This document shows, piece after piece, positions 11,048 through 19,700 of a DNA stretch of 64,000 nt. The notes beneath the pieces were generated by a model. It was given only the letters and a program-made list of their open reading frames with translations. It had not been told where the DNA came from and did no database searches. Source of the DNA: Phyllobates terribilis (lineage: Eukaryota); NCBI RefSeq assembly GCF_046119375.1, contig NW_027362762.1, forward strand, positions 639,406,001 to 639,470,000, read 5' to 3'. A program made the translations under genes and the position numbers. The stretch's first letter is position 1; the number at the start of each line of letters is the position of its first letter.

Positions 11048-14000
11048 TTATCCCATGTCACGCGTGATGCCGCGGATTCTGCGTGCAAGCTGTATGTCCT
11101 TTGCGTAGAGAGTGACTCTCTTGGCATGGAGACTGCACTGGTAGGAGTCTTCAAGGAGCCGCACGAGGAAGGCCTCAGCTGCCTGCGGATACAGGAAAAG
11201 GTATGAGCATTAAAGCATTCTGAATAATGAATGTGTACACATGAGGATTAACACTAGTTTAGGCCATTATATAACTTTTATGCAGCATTTTCACTGGTTT
11301 CCCCTCTGAGGTTTCTCTGATTTTCAGTTTTTGCTGAGCTGGTGGGTGGAGATTAGCTGCTATGATGCCTCACATACACAGCAGATACAGACATGAGGAA
11401 TTCCTGCTCTCCTGTTTATATATACAGAACATGTTAAAAAGCATCAGCAACATGCAGGATATTAAAATGCAGTACTAAGCAGTGCAGCTGTGAATCCAGT
11501 ACTGCACTAGAAAGCAGCATCACATTCTCTGCCTCCCCTTTTTATATATTCCAAGAGTAGCTGTAATCTGATCCCTCAACAAATACATGCAGCGTGATGG
11601 CTCAGTGGTTAGCACTGCAGCCTTACAGTGCTGAGCTCCTGGGTTTAAATCCCACCAGAGACTCCATTTGCAAAGAATTTGTATGTTTGTTTCTTGTATT
11701 TGTATGTTCTTCCTGTCTTTGCGTGGGTTTCTTCTGGGTCCTCCAGTTTCCTCCGACACTCCAAAGACACAATGATAAGGGATTTAGATTGTGAGCCCCA
11801 GTGGGGACAGTGATGATGTATGTAAAGTACTGCGAAAGATGATGGCAAGGAAAAATAAATCTACATTCCTCAAAATTGAAATTGCAACACCAAAACAGAA
11901 AAGTTGTGGAATTATAGAAATGAAAGGATGGATAGACACATGACAGATATGCAGACATCTCAGTTTATTCAGTATTGAGCGCCATATCCAGAAATTCCCG
12001 AACTTACACCTATTGGCTGCTATCAATAAGGTTATTAATGGTTGTCTCAGGAATGTTCTGCCAAAGCAGAATGCTCTTCGGCAAATCATCAAAGTCCACT
12101 GCTGGCAGATCTCCTTGCAATTGTCAACTAATGATGTCTCAGATGTGCTCAATGGGAGACAAGTCTGGAGACGCTGCAGGCCAACGCAGCATTTTTGGGT
12201 TACTCCAAGCAAAATGTGGCCTGGCTTTGTAATGTTGAAAAAATGTCTCATGAGAAGCTTTATTGAGAAATGACTGTACCACTGGTTCCATAACCAAATC
12301 AATGTAACACTGAGCTGTTAGTTTACGTGTAATGAAGACTACAAGTGTCTGGATAGTGTACATTATGCCATCCCACACCATAATCCCTGAAGTAGGACCA
12401 GTGTGACCTTACACTCATGAAGGCCTCTTCCCATGAGGATATCTGCAGGTTAATAAAGTTATTAACCTGCCCTGTGCAAGCACTTAGCCGAACGCTAAGG
12501 GGAGAAATTTAACTTTATTCCCCCCACAGCATTCAGGTTTCAGTGACAGGGGTGACGCCAGTTTAGTCACAGCTCTGAGCATACAGGGAAGCGGCTGTAA
12601 CCGTGCCCTCGGCACTGCCTGACAGCCGGCCTCAATGCAGAGTGAGTGTCAGTCAGGGCCAAGAACATGATTACAGCCGCCGCTCTGTGCACTCAGAGCA
12701 GTGACTGAACCCGGAACGCTGCCGGGGGTAATAAAATCAAATTTCTCCCTGCGGTGTTCGGCCAAGTGCGGGCACCGGCAGGTTAATTAACCCCATATCT
12801 ACAGGTTAATAGCGTTTTTTTCTGGGGACAGATTCTCTTTAATAACCTCATTGAAAGCAGCCAAGGCTTTAGGAACATGGGTTCCTGTGCTCAGACTAGA
12901 TGCTGCATAAGTTGAGATGTTTTGAAACTTTTGCTTTGATTTTTTCATCATTTGCACATCAGTAACGTGTATCCATCCTGTGATTTCCATGACTCCACCA
13001 CTTTTCCTTCTTCGTGCTACAATTTCAATGTTGAGTGTATTTTATAGGATGCTTTATATGCAGTACTTAACAACCCTATTCATAAGCATATTGGTATAAT
13101 GGAGGGTGGCCCTACTCAGCCCCCAATTACTTATCGTGTCCAAGCATTAGGACGGTATACTGACCTCCTGTAGCGCTGTTAGTGCTGTGCTTTGCCAGGA
13201 GTACGGCATGCCGCAGGAATACTCCAGGCAGATCTCTCTCACCTAAAGGAATGAAAGGAAATAAGACTTTTCCTACTGATCACTAAAAACGAAAGACCCA
13301 TTACAGCAGCCACCAAGATCAAATCCACTCACCAGTTTGGCAAATGGGAGTCTCCGGATGAGCAGCTCCGTCGACTTCTGGTACTTTCTTATTTCCATCA
13401 GCGCTCGAGTTCGCTGAGAGCAGCGTCTTCTCCGTGTAGGAGCCACCTCTTCACCCCTTCCTAGTTTGTTCGAAAAGAATACATCACAGCTTTAATGCTT
13501 CTTGCAATTATCACAGGGGGGCACTTTATACAGATTCATACATGACATAGAGTTATAATCCAAAAATCGGATCAATATTAAAGTTTATTGGTACAAAAAA
13601 ATTGAAACAAAATCGGGTCAAAGACATATATCACACAATATAAAAACATTCAGAAATAGCAAGGACACAGGTGTTTGTAGCTTCTGGTCCACTTATTATA
13701 TTGGGCAGGGGTGGTATGCAACCTTAGTGTCAAAAATCGTCACATCCCCAATTAGTGGCATGAGCCGGTGATTAGATTACATCACCATTATATCACTTCG
13801 GAGTACTGACAAAAGATCAATCATCATTTAGTATATCTACAAATATCTCATTAAATTGCTCTACCCTATAAAGTGCTGGTGCATTTAAAGTAAATTAGGA
13901 CATATATCACAACACATACGCCAATAAGCTGATCCATGTAGCCCCGGCCAGGGTCACATGCAGCAGCACACAGATAGTGTTGTTCACACAATCAAATGGG

Positions 14001-16295
14001 GGAACCATAGTCACAAGTCAAGGAGGCAACCTTACCCATAATGTAACCCAGTGGACACAAGCTAACAGCTAATTTACTTTAAAGAAGTTGTCCACTACTT
14101 TATATGAACCCCCCAATGTATCCCCCCGGGGTCCAGAAGTATTTTTATAAATACCTTGCAATACCTTTTGTGCCTCTGAGCGGCGGGTCACGTGATACCT
14201 GTGAGCGGTTAGTGATAGCGCCGCTCACAGGCAGAAAAGGCACCACAAGGTATTTAGAGAAACACTTATGGGCCCTGGGGGAATACATTGGGGGATCATA
14301 TAAAGTAGTGGACAACCCCTTTAAATGCACCAGCACATTATAGGGTACTGCAATTTAATGAGATATGTGTAGATATACTGAATGATTGATTTTGTGCCAT
14401 TTCTGGCTTTTTTATATTGTGTGATATACGTCTTTGGCCCAATTTTGTTTAAAGTTTATTGGTACAAAAAAAATAATTATGATCAGATTTTTGGATTATG
14501 ACTCCATATCTCTTATCAGAACTGAAGTTTTCTAGTGGAATATCCACTACAGCCTGCATCATTTGGGCAATAGGCTGTATTAATATATTCATGACAATTG
14601 TGAATCTGTTTTGGATGATATTGATTCTAGATTCATACATGAGCTCAGGAAAGTATTAAATAATGAGAGTCCTCAGTGGTTCATACCTTTTAATGGCTAA
14701 CTAAAAAGATGGTGACAAATAGCAAAAACCGAGAGGGTTCCAGCATCCGCCAATGATTAGAAGCTTAAAACATGACTTTTCATGAAAACTAAGATTTCAC
14801 AGCTTGAAACGCATAGACCAGTGTCCTTTTTATCTTCCTCCCCCATGTCTCCCCCATCCCCTTCCCCAACTTCATTGATATGTTTTTGCAAAAAAAACCT
14901 TTTTTTGTCCTTTTTCATTAAAAGTCTTGTTTTACATTTCTAATCATTGGTGGATGCTGGAACCCTCTCGTTTTTTCCTCTGCTACTGCCCAGCTGCCGC
15001 TCTGAAGTCCGTACACCACATTCTTCATATGGAGGCTTCAAACCATCTGTACTTGAAGAGCTGAACATTTCCTTTTCCCCTCTCCCATGATTTTTTAACT
15101 CACATATTTATACACAACAGAAAACAGGGATAATGCAGAAATAAGACAAGTGATGGGAAGCAGAACTATCAATGTGAGAAACAGTTGTGGCAGTAAATAT
15201 TGAGGCAGATCATAGATAAGGAGCGTGATAGTTTTATTGTCCTCTGATTGAGGTCTGTTCCAGAGTTGTGATACCCCCAAATGGTCTGAGGGGCACATTT
15301 CTTAAACGATGTAGAAAGACATAAATTCATGCGACACATTCATGCCTGCTCTGAGTGTGTCACTTGTTGTCATAAGTTTGTACTCCCAGACTCTCTTGTC
15401 TCTCTGTGGTGGGAAATGTGAAGTTACCGTTCAATACCAGCATCTCCCTGAAGAGTCTGGGAGTAGAAACTTATAACAAATGACAAACTGAGAGCAGGAA
15501 TGAATGTGTCACATGAATTTATATCTTTCTACATCAATTAAGGAATGTGTTCCTCAAACTATTTGGGGGAATCACAACCCTGGACCAGACCACAATCAGA
15601 ACGCAATAAAACTATCACACTCCTTATCCATGATCTACTCCATTATTTACTGCCACAGCAGTATCTCTGCGTCCCACATTGGTAGTTCTGCTTCCCGTCA
15701 CTTGTCTTATTTCTGCATTATTATTGTGTCCTGCTGTGTATAAATATGTGACTCCTCAGATTTTATGTTCTACTGAGCCTGATGAAGAGACCTGAGTAAT
15801 CTAGAAAGCTGCCATTAAAAGATATTAACCACTGAGGACTCTCAATCTTTAATATTTTTCTAGCTACATGGTACAAAGTTATGTTTCCTATATACGAGCA
15901 CGGTCATCCTGCATACATCAGCACAACCTGCTCCCCCTAGTGGCTGCAGAAAAGTTTGCATCTGCGTGCATAGACATTAGGATTTAAAAAAGATGCAATT
16001 GTGTTTTACCTGGGGACAACTGAGAAGTTGAGGGCCCTTCAAATTCTGGTGCTTTACGGAAGGACAGGCGCATTTTACTCTGGGGAGATTGAGAAGTTGA
16101 GGGCCCTTCAAATTCTGGTGCTTTACGGAAGGACAGGCGCATTTTACTCTGGGGAGATTGAGAAGTTGCAGAACTCTTTCTCTGAGGAGACTGAGAGGTT
16201 GAAGGCCTTGTACTTTGGGAGGATGGAGAAGCTGCAGTCCTCTTTTGTGGCTGCTTCAACTTTCTGCGGTGTTGAGGGCTCTGCTGATTTTTCAT
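11048..16295 (-). CDS. cenpa: CENP-A (cenH3) centromeric histone H3 variant, copy 1; 4 coding exons, 208 aa, intact
   Basis: Exons on the minus strand: 16295-16010 (286 nt), 13460-13333 (128), 13242-13165 (78), 11182-11048 (135 including TAA). Total 627 nt. All introns are GT-AG with phases 1,0,0. As I recall them, the phases and the 78/135-nt exons match human CENPA. Protein: [208 protein letters not shown]. The cenH3 diagnostics versus H3 are present: Q68->A, F84->W, T107->S and a loop 1 two residues longer. Confidence 0.95.
11589..11850 (+). mobile_element. tRNA-derived SINE (V-SINE-like, L2-type tail) in CENP-A intron 3
   Basis: Box A TGGCTCAGTGG at 11598-11608 and box B GGTTTAAATCC at 11642-11652. 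V-domain-like core gcgtgggtttc...ctccagtttcctcc...ctccaaagac, and 3' part tagattgtgagccccagtggggacag. Confidence 0.8.
11930..12390 (-). pseudogene. Old degenerate Tc1 transposase relic in CENP-A intron 3
   Basis: The ORF at 12139-12381 retains MVW.GI, LTAQ.YID.V.EPVV and [14 protein letters not shown]. The FQQDNARPH motif has decayed to FQHYKARPH. Confidence 0.85.
13546..14628. mobile_element. Insertion with inverted arms, flanked by a 14-bp direct repeat (retroelement relic, possibly Penelope-like), in CENP-A intron 1
   Basis: AGATTCATACATGA at 13532-13545 and 14629-14642. Arms ~13548-13890 and ~14320-14500 are reverse complements in blocks. The family assignment is inference. Confidence 0.5.
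14083..14320. mobile_element. TTAA-flanked foldback MITE (T2/Kolobok type), 238 bp
   Basis: TTAA at 14079-14082 and 14321-14324. TIRs AG(aa/gg)GTTGTCCACTACTTTATATGA. The interior is palindromic. Confidence 0.8.
14724..14976. mobile_element. Foldback MITE-like element with ~65-bp inverted arms
   Basis: aaaaaccgagagggttccagcatccgccaatgattagaa... pairs with ...ttctaatcattggtggatgctggaaccctctcgtttttt. Confidence 0.65.
15098..15855. mobile_element. ~650-bp hairpin (15098-15753) followed by a hammerhead-like core; probable Penelope-like element relic
   Basis: 15098-15345 is the reverse complement of ~15502-15753, with inner arms also pairing. CTGATGA at 15779-15785 and GAAA at 15804-15807. 15809-15853 is an inverted copy of 14654-14698. 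Confidence 0.6.
16021..16168 (-). repeat. Perfect 69-bp (23-aa) in-frame tandem duplication inside CENP-A coding exon 1
   Basis: 16021-16089 equals 16090-16158, followed by a 10-bp partial third copy. It encodes [23 protein letters not shown] twice. Also at 34496-34643 and 52968-53115. Confidence 0.95.
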
Positions 16296-16354
16296 GATGT
16301 AAAATGTTGAGACACAATCAAAGCTGCAAACAAGACAATTCAACAGGATCATAA

Positions 16355-16710
16355 ATTATTATTATTATTTATTATTATAAGCGCCATGGAATAAATGGCG
16401 CTTACATGTGAAAAAGGGGTATACGTAATAAAAACACTTCCAATAATATTGAAAAAAAGAGTCAGCGACTGGTACAGGAGGAGAGAGGACCCTGCCCGCG
16501 AGGGCTCACAATCTACAAGGGATGGGAGAGGATACAGTAGATGAGGGTAGAGTTGGTAGTGCAGCGTTATGGTGGAGCGGTGGTTACAGCAGGTTGTACG
16601 CTTGTCGGAAGTGGGTCTTCAGGTTCCTTTTGTAGGTTTCCATGGTAGGCGAGAGTCTGATATGTTGGGGTAGAGTGTTCCAGAGTAAGGGAGATACACG
16701 GAAGAAATCT
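16355..16710 (-). mobile_element. L2-clade LINE 3' end with (AAT)n tail, ~60 bp upstream of the CENP-A ATG
   Basis: Translation RDFFRVSPLLWNTLPQHIRLSPTMETYKRNLKTHF matches the L2 ORF C-terminal motif (R.F...P.LWN.LP..IR......FK..LKT). It is followed by a 3' UTR and an (att)n tail on the plus strand. Confidence 0.8.
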
Positions 16711-19700
16711 CGGTAATCAGTGGCCACTAGACCAGAGTCCTGTGAACTACCTCTTCTAATTAGTAGGCCCTGTGGGGTAATTACATTGTGTCGCAATGTA
16801 GGCATGATGTTGAGGGGGACTCCTAAGCAGAAGAGGTGTTGGGAATGTCACGAGTAGCAGAAGGCTTGCAGGGTTGTGGTCCAGCAGGCACTAAGGTGCA
16901 GCGAATCTGTTTGTGAAACTGTTTAACCTCATATACCTTTGCAAAAGTTCTCAGGTCTCCTGTCTGGAGGAGTTGTAAGAATTGTCAGAAGTCTGGCCCA
17001 TCCTCTAATAAGGAGCAGAGAAGATGAGATAAGACACGCAGGGCCACGTCACATGGGATTATCTCACTGAGAGGCTATGTTCACATGTTGCGTAACTTTT
17101 GCTGTGTTTTTTATTCAAATTAAAAGGCTGCTTTTCACGGTATCAGCAAAGTTAAAAGATTTCAGAAATATAATTCACAGGCTTGTTTTTTTCCACAACT
17201 ATATTGGAAAACTGCTGCGTTTTTTAAAACTGCAGCATGTCAATTCTTTCAGCATTTTTTCATCCATATAAAGCAATCAGTTTTTGTAGTGATTTTGTTT
17301 GAAAAAAATATATACAGGTACAGCAAGATGTGAAACACATTTATTTTGGGGATTTTCTTAAATTTGTGTCTTGGTATCCTCAAATGAGCATGGTTGTTAG
17401 TATTAGTACAGTTTACTTTAACACATACCACAAATTTAATTAAACAATGTCTGACCAACTCAATGCCCTACCAATGTGTGAGTGTCCTACCAATGTCTGA
17501 AAGTAAACAATGCCCTACAAATGTGTTAGGTTAAAAGTGGGCACCACACAGCCAGCACCACGTACAGTGGGAACCATGCGGATGGTAGCTTGATCCAATC
17601 ACTGCTGGTTAACCATTAAATGGCACTGTAACCCCTGACAGGCATTTATGTGGCACAGTCCTGGGGCCGTCTCCGTTCCTTCCCCATGATCCGATATCGG
17701 AGAGCTGATGTGCCACCATGGCAGCTGGGGCCCTGCTGATGCCACTGTTGCCGCCTTCTTGATACTCGTGTACAGCTGAGCCACAAGGGCCACATACGAG
17801 GCCGTGATCGCCACATACTGAAGTCCCGCACTATATACAACATTTCATGAGCACAGATGGAAGGGATAGAAAAGTAAGTAATAAATTCCCACCGCCTCCA
17901 TTTTCCTTGTTTAAAAATCCCCAAGTTATGAAAAATAAGAAGAATATCTGGTAACACTGAGCAAAACCATTCCCAGGACCCCGGAGTAGTGGCCCGGCTA
18001 CTGCCTCACTAGCTGCCGGCATCCCTGGAGCCTCTTAGGACTAGTAGGCCAGAACAGCCATTGCAGAGACCCGGGGGTGGAGCAGGTAGGGGGGCTGGCA
18101 TGGAGCCTCTACAGCACGGCCCTGACACTATTTTGCCCAATGCTAATATCTGGCATCACATATAAAGCCTCATGTAGCAGAATAACACCAGTAGGCGGTG
18201 CTGACACCCACGATTGTTTGCTGTGGATGTACAGTGTGAACGGAGCCGCTGAGCGCAGATCTGGGGGCGGAGTTGCGGCCGCTGCCGGGAACCACTGCTT
18301 TGTGCGCTGCAGTAACCACGGGAGGCCAGCAGAGGCCGCCACAGCCTGAGCGAGGCCCAGCAGCTCCAGTGTAAAATGACAGCTTATCTGTGAGGAGTCG
18401 GGTGGGAGTTGTAGTCCCACACGCTGCAGACCTCTGCTGCATAGAGTGGTGGGCACGTACAGGCAATCCCCCCGGTAATCCCCCCTCACCAGTCAGGACG
18501 CGTCTATCTCCTGCCGACAAGTTTCCACCTACGGCCCGCGCGCTGCTGCTTAGGAAACGGGGAGGGGCTTACATCCAGCCAATAGCTGCGGCCCATTTTT
18601 TCTCTCGTCTCAATAGACTTTATTGTACAAGACAATGAGAACATTATTCTGGAAGAGGAGATACAAAAATACACTGAGCCTATGGGGGTGACTGGCAGGG
18701 CGGGGGCCCAGAGAGTTGCCTGCTGTGGCACAGGTCAGGGAAGGAAGGTGCACGCTTCTATGGGGGGCACACATTCTCCCCCAGAATGCCTCAGGCCTCT
18801 TTCACACGTCAGTATTTCCGGTACGAGTGGTGACAGTTTCCACACATACCGGAGACACTGACACACGTAGACCCATTCTAATCTATGGTCTGCGCTCATG
18901 TCAGTGCGTTTCCACGGACCGTATGTCCCACACATAGACATGTCCGTTTTTGGCCGGCAGCACGGGTCACACGGACCCATTCAAGTCAATAACTCCGTGT
19001 AAACACGTACCGCACATGGATTTCTTCTGTGTGACACGTACCGGCACCTGAGAATCAGCGTACAGTTAGCGCTGTTCCCGAGCGCTGGGTGCTGAACGCT
19101 GCCCTCATCATGGTTCCCTGCGATCAGCACCAACAGGGACAATGATGAGAGTAGTAGTGTCTGCTCCCGCAGTGTCCAACTGTAAAAATAAGAACAAAAT
19201 TTAAATTACTCACCTGTCCTAAGTGTCCCCTGCTGTAATCCATCCCTGCAGTGAGCGGGCCCCGCAGCTGTGCTCTGCGAGTGACAGGATAGCGCTCAAT
19301 GAGCTCAGCGCAGCTTCGGGGTCCACTCACTGCAGGAGTCAGTCTCCTCGGTGTGAGCGATCGTATGGATTACAGCGGGGGACACTTAGGATTTTATTCT
19401 TATTTCTACACCAGGTCACAGCGGGAGCAGAATACTTCTCTCCTCATTGTCCCTGCTGGTGCTGATTGCAGCGCAAGCAGGGGACAATGATGAGGGCAGT
19501 GTTCGGCACTTGGAAACAGCGCTAACTGTACCACTGATTCCCAGGCGTCAATACATGTGTTCCTGATGCGGCACATGGTTGCCACGTGTATGTGTGGCGC
19601 CCCTGAGGGTACAGTCGCCACAGAGGTATTGCATCTCACCCAGAGGTGTGGTATCCCACTCTCAGGTAAGGATAGAGTGCTGCCCAGGACCCTAACACCT

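Noticed and set aside
13210-13220. Loss of the loop-1 RG motif (reads SCGM) as a novel feature
   Set aside because: From memory, Xenopus CENP-A also has C-G at this position, so it is probably an anuran trait rather than paralog-specific. An alignment is needed to confirm.
11048-16295. Canonical replication-dependent histone H3 cluster repeat
   Set aside because: The gene has introns, cenH3-diagnostic residues and an extended loop 1, and I saw no 3' stem-loop. No H2A, H2B, H4 or H1 is present in the unit.
11048-16295. Processed CENP-A retrocopy or pseudogene
   Set aside because: All three introns are retained with GT-AG ends and matching phases. There are no stops or frameshifts.
16001-16297. 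Plus-strand 98-aa ORF
   Set aside because: It is the antisense shadow of CENP-A exon 1 and its 69-bp repeat.
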